Shown here: positions 1 through 11,461 of the stretch, one piece after another
Position numbering within the stretch: position 1 is the first letter of the stretch
Layout of the letters: each line of letters begins with the position of its first letter
Source of the DNA: Catajapyx aquilonaris
Lineage: Eukaryota
Assembly: GCA_000934665.2 (NCBI GenBank)
Contig: JYFJ02003660.1
Location: 1 to 39,090 of the forward strand
Length of the DNA stretch: 39,090 nucleotides
Direction of reading: 5' to 3'
Notes under the pieces: model-generated
Told to the model about the DNA's origin: nothing
What the model saw: only the letters and a program-made list of their open reading frames with translations
Databases searched by the model: none
Position numbers and translations under genes: made by a program

Positions 1-95
1 TTCTCTATATATTTGTACAACAACTTCGATCCTATGTTAAATAAAAAACCCGCAGTGATTTTTTGAAACCGCTGCAATCATTTGTAGACACCCTG
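1..95. mobile_element. Possible right end of a Tc1/mariner-type element
   Basis: Ends ...GACACCCTG|TA, the same terminal signature as 7913; the other end is not in the window. Confidence 0.3.
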
Positions 96-1599
96 TACAA
101 GAAGTTGTCAAGCAATTTCCGAGGTACTTTCAGCCAAATGTAAATTATACGCATGACAGGTCAAATTCCCACCTTTCTGCGCATATTTCCCCAAGTTAGT
201 CGTCCCGAGTGGGTGGTCTGCGGATACGTCGGTGGCTGTGATCTGCCTTTTAAGTTTGAATCAAAAATTTCTCATATAATTATGCTTCTTTGGCATACCT
301 GTGATTTAGTTGCGGCACAAACGGCGAAACAAGTTTTTCTGGGTTGTAAAATAATTTGAATGTCATATCCTCTAATTAACTCTCTTGGAATCATGCAGTT
401 TCATTACCGCACTCAATTGCCCTTCTCCTAAAAAATTCCACAACGACGCGATGTTATCACACACAGAATACCACTATGCCATACCACCCCGAAGAACTGA
501 CATTCTCAACGCTCTTTACACTGTAAATCATCACTATTTCCTGCCTTGCCCCGGCTGCTCTATGTCCCTGACACTTCCCTTCCCTAACACCCCATACAGC
601 GAGGCAGCCACTTTCCAAATGCGATCCGAAATACCCCGGGCCAGGGCTCAAATCACAAATCACGGGTCACCAAACACTATAATGTAGTAAACGAGCCCCT
701 CGCATGCCATTCATCATGAATCCCCGTCATTTCCCCCATTTATCTTCTTCCAAGATCAGTACGTTCGAGGCACCAAGTCACGAGAGTCACGACGCGACGC
801 CACTAAACGACCGTCACAGGGCAACAACCAAAAATCACAACAATCGTCTCTCAACCTCTTGACCCGAATTCCTCGACACCACAACACTGGAGGTCCAGCC
901 CCAATCCTTTGGCAGACGTCCATCCTGCAGTGACCTCGCGGTACGTCTCATCGGTACGCAACGGACCGAATTAGTTCCGTACACACGCATTGCTCTAAAT
1001 AGACAGGTTCATTGATCTGATAGTGCCGGTTTGGTTATTTACGGGAGTGAGAATGTGGTTCGCACACACTAATGTACGCCACTCGTATGAAGTCATGCAA
1101 ACTCTACAGGCGCGCACACACGTGGAGGCCATTATGGTGTCGGACTGTGGAGGAGGAAATGACCACCATTTCCATCTAGCGTTCCTTGGCACAACTGCGA
1201 ACATTTGTTCTGTGCCAAGTCTGACGCAATACGGCCATAAATACCGGCACCGACAAACGAGGTGCAACCTTGTGTGCACCACCCCATCCCAGAGCAGACA
1301 ATTAAAAATTCACATGCTCAGAAGCAGGGCGCTTATTACAGTGCGCGACTACCGGTAGTACCTGCAGAAGAATGCAGAACTAGAGCACGACTAGTATGTC
1401 GACACTCCAATTACGCCAGCTGTACAATATGCACTTTTATGCCATGGAATTATCACATGTGGAACTATATATCGAAATGGGCAAAAGAGATGCCGCCCAA
1501 ATTGCTGTTAGCAACCGCAGTTTCATTAACTAAATGACAACCATACAACCCACATTGCACATTGCACATTGCACAAGACATGCCAAGTTCGATACTCAC

Positions 1600-1704
1600 G
1601 GAAATAATTGAGCGTTTCTTGTGCTTGCTCCGAGGTGATCTCGAAGTCTGATTCCTCGATCTTCAGAGCAGGCGAGGGGATGAACCAGTCCTCGTTCTCG
1701 TAAC
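1600..1704 (-). CDS. milt: milton/TRAK coding exon (HAP1_N region): GYENEDWFIPSPALKIEESDFEITSEQAQETLNYF(L); gene continues beyond the left edge
   Basis: Peptide matches the Milton/TRAK motif GY.N.DW...P....T.EQ..E.L.YF as I recall it. Acceptor ttgcAG at 1706-1705, donor GTGAGT at 1599, 105 nt, phase 1-1, in frame with the 2707-2811 exon. Confidence 0.92.
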
Positions 1705-2706
1705 CTGCAACCCAAAAATAGGCATGGTTTAGTCCTCCCATAATCGATCCATGACCCACCTAGTAAATAAGTACCCTTACGTTCGTTGTCTTATAACTGC
1801 CACAGCCTTATATGCAAATCAGTCTCGACAGATATGCCTGTTTGTCACTCCTGAGTACTGACGGAAACGTCGAAAAAATAGGGACGATATTCACGACGGA
1901 GACGTCAAGCTGGCCGAGAGATGCTGGACCATCAGCGCCGCTGCTAACGTCATGACGCAATGACGTCACGGGCCATCCACGACACCAGGCTCTCGAGACT
2001 AGGTCAAGGGTGACCTCCGCCACACGGGTGGGATGGGTATAGCTAGTGTGCCGAAGTGACCCGAATCCAGGGATTTCGGATACTGTACTACCGAAGAAAA
2101 GCGTGATTATTCGGCACCGACGGTCATATTGATCGCCATCGCCGCCGCCGTCGTGCGCAGCCGACAATCCCGACCCTTCACCTCCCCCTGTACCGCCTGC
2201 CTCCCCTTGACCACCTCATGCATTTCATGGTCCAATCCGGGAGTTTCTGCGACTTTAGATTCTCCAATTGCGTCGCGTCGCTGGTAACGGGTCATGGTAC
2301 GATGCAGTTCGAAGGCCTCTCCATGTGACCACGACTCGGGAAAACATCCGAGTCACTGACACGTGGGGTCCACTGTACAGCCTCTCCCTAGTCAAGTGGA
2401 TTTTCAAATCTCTGGGCAAGTTTCGCGTCGGGGAAACTTTCTGAAGGCCGCTACAGTATCTATACTTGAAACTTACTGGATATTATTATGCGTCACGTTC
2501 ACTTATGTACCCGTTTTTTATTGACTAATTAACTAGGTAGGGCTAGTCTATTCAAGTAGCATAAATCAAGGCATGAATATGTGGCGCAGGGTAGTAAGCT
2601 ATACAAAATTGTCATTTCTCATCAGAATGTAATTAAGCATAAACATGCTCCTTTGTGGTAGTTGCATACGGAGCTCTTAAGAGAGAGTAATAAAACACTT
2701 TCTTAC

Positions 2707-2811
2707 CTCCAAATGATGTAAGGGTGTCAGCTCGTAGGCGGTACCTTGGAATCTGTTCTTCCACAAGAGAGATGATCTCTACCTCAGGTAAATCCCCACC
2801 ACTGCAGAGGT
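2707..2811 (-). CDS. milt: milton/TRAK coding exon: (D)LCSGGDLPEVEIISLVEEQIPRYRLRADTLTSFG
   Basis: DLPEVEIISL.EEQ.P.Y.LRADT is the conserved N-terminal signature of TRAK1/2 and Milton. Acceptor tttgtcAG at 2813-2812, donor GTAAGA at 2706, 105 nt, phase 1-1. Confidence 0.95.
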
Positions 2812-5013
2812 CTGACAAATGGATGAGACATGAAATTAACTTACAATATTTAAGGCATAATTTTTATACAATCTAACACACAATTGCCTTTCAAATTACA
2901 AATTATCATTCCATACATATAGGGTGTTCATACTGAAACGTCTGAAGTGGTTAGAAATTTATTGGCACTTAGCTGCTTATTTCAGGAAGTTAATTTGCAG
3001 TGACTTATAGTGATTATCAAAAGTATTAGAAACAAATACACTAAAATGAAGGAGCCCTGAAGGAGGCCACAAGCCCCACATTAATTCAAAGGAGACCAGA
3101 CTTCCATTTATGATTTAACCTCACAAAAATAAGCATGCAGCATGTCCGGGGGATAGGTACAGCATGAGCTTGTGCTTATCTATTCTATTCTATTCTACTG
3201 TATAACTTAAACTCTTAAAGAATACGGATATTTCATTGGCCTCAAAATGTCAGTAAAACATTTCAAATAACCAGCAATGTACCATCATCCACATCCATTC
3301 TCCCTATTATGCCAAAAAAGGGGCCAGTAATCACTCCACCCCCTCACCCTCACACACACTTCTCAGGGCTAACTGAAGACCCTCATCATGTGTATCATGT
3401 GCACATCATGTGGGTATGCAGACACCTGTCTGTGACCCTCTCTGACAAGTAGGAGAGGAGGGAATGTCTTTGTTTTATGATGCTGACAGCACCTTCCTGT
3501 GTGCATATAAATAAAGCCTATCACTACTCTCCCAGTTGTTGTGCACTCCTGGCACTCACCCAATAGTGCTGAAATTGCACTTTTATATGTGTGCTTTTAG
3601 TAAAATTAATTTTGCCATAATGGCCTATGCAGATATGTTCAGTTTTAAATTATTTCCCACATTTTTAACACACTAATGAAATTTAAACAAATTAATGCCT
3701 GCCTTTTTAAAATAAATGCTTTGGCTAATGCAGTTACTCGTAAATGTGTTTACAGCAATGTTTCTATTCCATAATAACTTTCAGTTGGGAACAAGTTTCT
3801 TCTGTGAGACAGAAATGCATTGAAAAAAATACTGCGCTGGGACCAAACAAAACTTCATGAATTGACAAGTGTATGCTGTATCCAGAATCTGCTACCAGCA
3901 GGCTTCATTTTATTCCCTATAGTAAAATACTATAGCTACAATTATAAACTGTCACAGTATAACTAAGAATATCAGAGGACATGAAATTACATAATAATTT
4001 AACACTCCAGATAAGACATGATACAATTAAAGATTTGTTAAGGGGGGACTGACCCAGCATAGCCTTTCAGCCCAGCCCCCCNNNCCCCCCCCCCCCCCTC
4101 CAGATAAGAGTCAGGATTATCCTCATCTGCCTGGATGTGCCTATCCTGAATGCTGACATCACATCAGGTAAAAGTGTACATTTATGAAACATAGTAAAAC
4201 TGGAATATTCATACATAAACATCATATTGTTGTACAAGCAAGTGATAAAGTATGCTGCAGGTGAAGTCTGGTTCAAGTGTCAAGATGTCAGCATGTGAGA
4301 ATGTGTCTGCATGCCAAGTTCTCTGCAGCCAAGGCTTCCTAAACACGCCTTAGGTTCAATGCTTGAGACATTTTTGGAACACCAGAACTTGGCATCAGTT
4401 GCTGAGAACTTGAGGATCTTGAGTCACTTGTACTGTTTACGTCTGTATTTAAGGCCCGAGACAAAGCGCAATGTTTTTGGGTTAGAAAGAATTGCCAAGT
4501 GCATAGCTCGTTCACCTAGAGGGGTGGTCATGGTCAGTGTGTCTAACTCCACTTTCACCTGTCAAGAGCAGATGCAACAGAAACTACTACATCTACATGT
4601 CCAGGCCATCTCAGTAACAGAAAATCCAACCAAGTATTTCTTTTGCTCTGGATTAGAATTTATGTTATGACACAAAGGTGTTGTGAAATTACTTACTGGC
4701 CATCATCTTAAAAAATATGACAGCCTTCTCAACAGCATGTAAAAACGTTGTTTCTCACCATAAATACTAGTTTTCAAATCACCTACTTTAGTAAATTAAT
4801 TACAATTTTCTCAATTAGGGTCAGTAGGATAAACGAGGTAAACCCAGAACAAATGGTTGATAATATGTTATTCATCTAGGATTAATTATGAGTTCAGGAT
4901 TTACCATGATACCACCCAGTCTTATCATGAGTTCATGACACAGTGTACTGCTGTTTAATTGTCATAAATTGTTGAGGTCTGTAAAAGTTACCACAATTTT
5001 AATTCCACTCACA

Positions 5014-5318
5014 AGTTGTTGTTGTTGTTGTTGTTGTTGGGTTGTTTTTTTTGTATTATACCCCTTGATAGGGGCTTGGGCCCTTGCAGGGGGAGGGGGG
5101 GGGAGGGGAGGTTCCCAAGGTCAGATCCTCTTAAATACCAGACATTTTCTCTTGGCCCTGGGCAGAGAAGGGAGTGCAATTCTGCCCAGACATGCCAGGT
5201 GAAAAGTGGAAAAAGACTCAACCAAGCAGAGGTGAAGGGGACAGGATTTTGAACCCTGACCTCCTGCTTGGGTGGCCAGTAGCATAGCCACTAGAGACTA
5301 GACCATCCTGCCCCCACA
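5014..5318 (-). mobile_element. tRNA-derived SINE, family 'B' copy 1, (CAA)n tail
   Basis: B-box-like GGTTCAAAATCC in the head. Body is colinear with 16081-16244 plus 16618-16745 (shared CCCTTCTCTGCCCA.GGCCAAGAGAAAA, TCTGGTA..TTAAGAGG). Confidence 0.8.
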
Positions 5319-5324
5319 GTTCAT

Positions 5325-5832
5325 TAGACTTTTTCGAGAAAAAAAAAGTCCTATAGAACGGCTCTGCCTGTGGACAGGTATCAGACAGACAGAGCCGTAC
5401 TATAAGACTTTTTTTTCGATTTTCGGGTTCCGGGTTCCCTCTATCCACCCCTTCCCCCTGGCTGCCCCCTCCCCCTACCGCCCCTTTCCCCCTGACCCCC
5501 CAATCCCCCCCACCGCCCCCTCCTCCTGATCACTCTGATACCTGTCCACAGACAGATGGACGGACGTACAGAGCTGTGCTATAATACTTTTTTCAATCGA
5601 TGAAAAAAGGTATAAAAGATGGGTTTGCTAGGATAGATTTTTTAAAGGGGAAAGGGGCAGTCTGTGGGCAGGAGGAGGATGGGGGAAAAGGGTAAGTCCC
5701 CTTTCGGCCAAAAATGAGTTATGGGTGGTTTCAGTGCAAGTCCCAGTCCCGTGACGGACGTTGAGGACAATAGCAGTAAACCTGAAAAAGTCTACTCTAA
5801 TCACTCTCACGTGATTTGCCAATCTTGTTTTT
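5325..5832 (+). mobile_element. DINE-1/HINE-like non-autonomous Helentron derivative
   Basis: 5' subTIR TAGACTTTTTC (5325-5335) followed by a partial inverted copy, GACA/GACG micro-repeats, exact 3' subTIR GAAAAAGTCTA (5784-5794), stem-loop AATCAC-tctcac-GTGATT (5799-5816), end TCTTGTTTTT. Confidence 0.7.
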
Positions 5833-5844
5833 ATTACTGTATTA

Positions 5845-6357
5845 CCTCTCATAAAGTGGCATGCCGGTATAAAATATGGTGGATCAGCATGTCGGTATAA
5901 CCGGGGTGGCCGGCATGCCGCAATAACTGAGGTAGATTTCTGTCATTTTGATCCTTGCCAAATTTCTGGAATGCTTCTGGTACCATACTAAAATAATGTT
6001 GCAATAAAAATGGGTGAGTGTACAGGCTGTGGGAATATGCAAGTTCTGTTGCACAGTACATATAAAAAATGTAGTCTGTGTGACCAATCCCATTGTCAGC
6101 CTGCTTTGACAGGTGAACCCCCTGCTTCAACATACTGTTTAATAGATATTATTGCCAGACACTGCAATTGAAAACAATATATGGTACAGGTACTCTATTT
6201 GGAAAATATGCCTTTTCGATTTTCAGGCAAATGTCAAGTTCGGAAAGGATAATGTAACTTATGTTACCTTATACTGGCATACCGGTATAGCCACCAGATC
6301 ATGCATTTCTAAAAACTGGTTGACCTCGACTACACCGGCATGCCGCTTTATGAGAGG
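5845..6357. mobile_element. MITE with ~27-bp TIRs flanked by TA
   Basis: TA|CCTCTCATAAAGTGGCATGCCGGTATA ... TACACCGGCATGCCGCTTTATGAGAGG|TA. Confidence 0.8.
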
Positions 6358-6813
6358 TAATAAGGTACAGTACATCTCTGTATGCAGCATTCTGTGAAGA
6401 TCAGATGTACACAGATGAAGGTGCAAGATGTAATATCACTTGCAATTATATTATACCCTATGTGCACTTGATGTGGAGTATGTTAGAGCAGTGATCTTTA
6501 ACCGTTTTGCTCTTGGGGTACCCTCTTTCTTTACTTTATATCACTGGAACCCCTACAGACCTACAATAAAACCCTATCCCATTTTTAAAAACTATCACAC
6601 ACTGGCTGGGTACTTTGCTGTAAAACTAATAAACCCACCATTACTTGAAATATTTTCAAGGAACACTGGTTAAAGGCAGAAGCATCTGAGCCTGGTTCCA
6701 GATTGACTAGATGGATTGGCATGCAAATAAATATGCATGTCTTTCTCAGCAAAGTTCACATCCGTGTTTAACCCAACTAAGTCCAACTTCACAATCTGCA
6801 GCTGTTTGGTATA

Positions 6814-7913
6814 CAGGGTGGTTCCGGTAACTCTGGCAAAAATCATAGGGTGGGTAGAGGCCCCATAGGCAAGTATTTTGAGCTTCGGTACCCATGTCCG
6901 GAAATGCCCCCGTACGGGGGTACGGTTGTTTCCACCTTTGGTCTGTTGCGCCTGGTGGGTAGGCAACCCATTGTACTCGAAGCTTGCGTTCATCAGGTTT
7001 TGCACTTGACATTCGCAATGGGGAAGTAGCCTTGGTCTGGGATTTTGGATTTTTGTTCATAACTAGCTAGCCCATGCCTGTAAACATACACTCCATCACT
7101 CTGCTGCATCAAAATGACATTACTGGATAAATTACGGCACATTTAAAAGTGCCTTCAAAATTGGCGGGAAAAACGGAGCGGCCGGGTGGTGCCAATCGAA
7201 AGGGTACTCTGAAATGCCTGGTTGACTGCGAGATATGAGGAATTTGACTTTGAATTAACCGCGGACACGACGGAAAACATTCGCAAGGAAGCTGTAGGCC
7301 ATCGAGGTGGAGAAAGGGGGCCTTCATGTGCCGAATTCGGGTGACAGATAATTCCTACCAGTTGGCACCACTGTCAGCCCAGAAGCGGCTTGAGCGGCCT
7401 GGAATAAATACGCGCCCCGGCCGCTATCTTGCTCACGGAATGGGACGGTTGCTAACAACAGCGAAGCATTTTACGACAATGACGGGGCGCGTTCTATAAC
7501 ACCAATTTTGCGTTCATTTCACTTCGCGTGACGTCAACATTTTCTAGGCAAACAGTGACGTCACCATTTGCCTACGAAAAAACGCCAATATCTCCGGAAC
7601 AGAAACTGATATCTTAAAACGGAATACGCCAAAAAAATCCAAAAAATATGGGCGAATTTATTATGTAGTTTCCAAAATGAAGGCTACTTCCCCATTGTTT
7701 TCACCTTCGTCTCCTCCAAACGCAACACACCTGATGAAAGCAAGCTTTGAGTATGATGGGTTGCCTTCCCACCAGGCGCAACAGACCAAAGGTAGAAATG
7801 GCTGTACCCCCATACGGGGGCATTTCCGGACATGGGTACCTCAGCTCGAAATACTTGCCTATGGGGCCTCTACCGACCCTGTGATTTTTGCCACTGTTAC
7901 CGGAACCACCCTG
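6814..7913. mobile_element. Non-autonomous Tc1/mariner-type element with long (~185-220 bp) TIRs
   Basis: TA|CAGGGTGGTTCCGGTAAC ... GTTACCGGAACCACCCTG|TA. Arms 6814-6998 and 7729-7913 are inverted copies. No transposase ORF inside. Confidence 0.9.
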
Positions 7914-8903
7914 TATAACCAAATGAGAATTGAAACTAGTGGAAGGACAGGGGTGCAGGGAACATTGGAAGCCAGCTCACATTATTTTTGGTCAGTTTAT
8001 AAAGATGCTACTCTGCTGGCTTGTCATCCAGGTTTTTGATGTGACTTCAGTATTGGGATGCAAAAATTGCATTAGGCTTAGAATTAATGAGGTAATTATA
8101 CTCGTACCAGTACATTTCAGAAAAAAATTACACGTCTTTGTTTGCATCTGGTATTTTCCCAATATTACCAATCAGATTTTTTTATTGATGTACACTCCCT
8201 ACTCTCTTGTTACTCCCCAGCCAAAGTGCCGATGCAATCAGCAAATGGCTCTTATGAGGTGGTGCAAATGACGACTGAAGAGTGGTCCATAAATTTTGGC
8301 ATGCTCTTGAGGTTGACTACCTGGTGAGTTGGATAGGGAAAGCACTGGCTTGTGCAAGGATATGGATTTGTCACAGAAGTCTGAGCTCATCAGGCACATG
8401 TCCTGCCAATATTAAAATTAATACACCATGATAATATTTAAAGGGGAAAATGATGTGATATTAAAACTGCAACCATCATGCAACTCCCATAGAAAGAGAA
8501 GCAAAACCATCATATCATCATTCCCCAATGGTTAAAGAGGGTTTAGTCGCATGTATTTCATTAAGACAAGTTTCTGAAATATTCGGATGGTAATAATCGT
8601 AAAAGTAGACATGCCCTTCACTTGCTGGCAGAATGGTCTCATAGTAGTTACTGGTATGAAGCTTGAGGCATGACACGAGCAGAGGAGAAGGATGTCACCA
8701 CATTGAATGACTGTTTCTTCGGTTTCCATTCAAAAAGCTTAGTTAATGCTGCTCCACAGCAATTCATTTTAAATGATATTCTCTACGCATACGGTAACAT
8801 GTTATACTAATAATACGGTAATATACTTCCTGGAATTGCACAACACAGATGCATTTAAAGTTAATTATAACTTGTAGTAAACTCACAATGGGAGTAATCT
8901 ACT

Positions 8904-9179
8904 CTCCGATTTACATAAGAGTGAACCTTTTTGGATATCTATATGCCCGAGGGGTCGGTGAGTCGCTGCAAAATTAGTCTCGGGTATCTCTGGTTTTCTC
9001 GAAGAAACGGTGCTGGTACATGTCATTCGACGGCCTAATTATCATGGGCAGCCCATGCGGTAGCTGCAGAGCTACACAAACTGCACGTTTTGTTGTGAGG
9101 AGTGGTAGGGCCCGGTATGGTGGGCACTACTTTTGGGCGTATGGATATCCAAAAAGGTTCACTCTTATGTGAATCAGAG
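8904..9179. mobile_element. MITE with ~40-bp TIRs; ends approximate
   Basis: GATTTACATAAGAGTGAACCTTTTTGGATATCTATATGCCC versus GGGCGTATGGATATCCAAAAAGGTTCACTCTTATGTGAATC. Confidence 0.75.
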
Positions 9180-9211
9180 TTGAGAAAAAAGGTTGCAAGT
9201 CATGCCCTTAC

Positions 9212-9356
9212 CAGTGACTGTGGATGCTTCTCTGGTGTTCATGAAACCTATATTTTTGGACGTAGTAGCCTCCGGCGCCGCATCCAGATCCACGTGAGAG
9301 GAGCCTGCCAAGGGTGGCTCATGATCTGGATCAGCCAGCTTGGCTAGTTTGCCTTT
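9212..9356 (-). CDS. milt: milton/TRAK upstream coding exon ending ...GFMNTREASTVT(D); possible start ATG at 9242
   Basis: Donor ACTG|GTAAGG at 9211 is phase 1 and joins 2811 to give REASTVT-D-LCSGG. The frame is open from acceptor ttttgttAG (9358-9357). A second acceptor tttttgcAG gives an exon start at 9416 but includes in-frame stops (UTR). Confidence 0.75.
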
Positions 9357-10460
9357 CTAACAAAACTTCAACAGCAGATCATTTCTTCTAATTCCTCTTC
9401 ACAAGATGTCCTTGCTCTGCAAAAATGAAGTGACTATTGTAATATTTCACTCATAATGCCAATGACTTTATCAGAGTGACATTAACTCTGTACCACAAAT
9501 GGCATTATTCAGATGTTTAGTGATACACTGATAACCTATAAAAAATTGTGACGCACATCTGGCAAAATGTAAATAGCTTGCCAAGGCCAGCTGCCATATC
9601 CTTGTAAACCTAGTGGTAATGAAGGGAAATTACATTCATTACACAAGTGAAGTGTAACTATTTCTTCATGGAGCCCTTGTTTTGCAAGCTCTTACAGCTG
9701 CCAAGCTGTGAAATGTCAGGCTGACAGTATGACACAGAATATTGTGGAAACTGATACATGAATGGTTATGACACGAAATATGAGGCACAGTAGATAAGAT
9801 TGTAAATCCTTAGATGGGCAGCGGTTTACATTTCAGCAATATACCACTCTTCCTAGTTTACAGGCTCATAATGTTCTCAAAGAAGTGATGTCAGAATGGG
9901 CACCAGTGCCATAGTCCACCATGAATAAGCATGCATTGCTCATGCTGAGCCAAAAAAAAAGATAGAAAAAAAACAACAGAAGACCTCAGAGGTATTGCAA
10001 TATTACAGTTTTAAAGAAAACAAGTAACATCATTCATGCAGGATGGCAATGGAGACTGGCATGTACAATCATGCGACAGCCGCAGCATTAATCTACATTC
10101 TACATCCTGGCATTTGCCTCACGCACTGTAATTTAGCCAATGATCTCATGCCAGACCTTTCCATTCTTCTCTGGGTGCTAAATATAGCATCCAGAGCAGT
10201 GCTAAAAATCAATAGGAATGACAGTGAACTAATTTGTATCATTGGTTCCCTTCAAAATTGCTTGAAAAGGTGTACATTAATGTAACCCAGTTTTGTGGCA
10301 GGAGTGATTGGGCAATAAACTCGATAAACACAGGATGTCATATTGGAAAATCCTATTAGTATGTTTCCCTTTACCCCATGAGTACTGTGGGTGGTAATGC
10401 AGCAAAAACACTTCATTAAACTGAATATCTCACAACCATTTGTGTATGACGTAGTTATTA

Positions 10461-10461
10461 G

Positions 10462-10535
<74 letters not shown>

Positions 10536-10880
10536 GATTTTTTACGTTACCCCGTGCTAGGGCCATGGGTCCTTATAGGGGGGTGGGATACCACCATTTT
10601 CTTCAATTTTCTATTTTTTTCTTCTTCACTCCGGTGCAAGGATGAAAGGACATGGGGAAGGGATAGGGGATTTTTGGGGAGGGAACATGGGTGCAAGGTG
10701 CACGTCTGAAAAACGGGTCATGTGCTGTTCCCCAGGAGGTTAGGTTGCCAGACACCTCCTTGGTGCAGGTCAGAGACCCTCCCGACGCAGGTGAAAGGAA
10801 AGTTCCCCAGGCGGGGATCGAACCTGGGGCCTTTCACACAGCAAGCCGTGACGTTACCATCACGGCCACCACACCTCCCC
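10461..10880 (-). mobile_element. tRNA-derived SINE, family 'A' copy 1, with adjoining (TAA)n tract
   Basis: Head GGGGAGGTGTGGTGGCCGTGATGGTAA (A box) ... GGTTCGATCCCC (B box). First ~165 nt align closely with 16246-16410. Confidence 0.88.
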
Positions 10881-10881
<1 letters not shown>

Positions 10882-10926
<45 letters not shown>

Positions 10927-11285
10927 AATTCAAACATTCACTCATAACATCACGGCATAATCCCAGACATGGGGTAGCCAGCGACGACGACGACGACGAT
11001 GATGATGATGATAATAATAATAATAATAATAATGGATGCCCTGTGATAAGCCTCCTTGGGCATTTTAGGGGATCAGCTTTTCATGGACCGACTTTAATCA
11101 TTGCCTTTGCTGTGATGGATTGTGATTGCGGGAGGAAACTGGAGAATCCCGAGAAAACCCACGCGAATGGAAAGAACCCATCAAAACTCTATCCACATAA
11201 GTATCCTCTGTCCGATCTGGGGATCGAACTCGGGACCTTAGAGGTGGAAGGCTGCGGTGATAACACTCCGCCACCGTGCCGCCCT
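10882..11285 (-). mobile_element. tRNA-derived SINE with V-SINE-like central domain
   Basis: Head GGGCGGCACGGTGGCGGAGTG...GAGTTCGATCCC, core GCGTGGGTTTTCTCGGGATTCTCCAGTTTCCTCCC (11129-11164), (TAA)n tail, candidate TSD GTAGTTATTA at 10451-10460 and 11290-11299. Confidence 0.8.
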
Positions 11286-11393
11286 CTATGTAGTTATTAT
11301 ATTAAATCTGTGTAATAATAATAATACGATGGTTTGGTCACCCATATGAGAGAGTAAGAGACCATATAGCAAACTGTTCACTAAGAAGTACAC

Positions 11394-11460
<67 letters not shown>
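11394..11460. repeat. (AAT)n microsatellite
   Basis: Uninterrupted AAT run. Confidence 0.95.

Positions 11461-11461
<1 letters not shown>

Noticed and set aside
4076..4101. Poly-C tract containing NNN
   Set aside because: Assembly ambiguity in a homopolymer.
4311..4670. 119-aa ORF antisense in a milton intron
   Set aside because: No recognisable domain or exon structure.
6670..8039. Two similar ORFs on opposite strands (6670-7005, 7677-8039) resembling a duplicated gene
   Set aside because: They are the two TIR arms of one element and show no transposase motifs.
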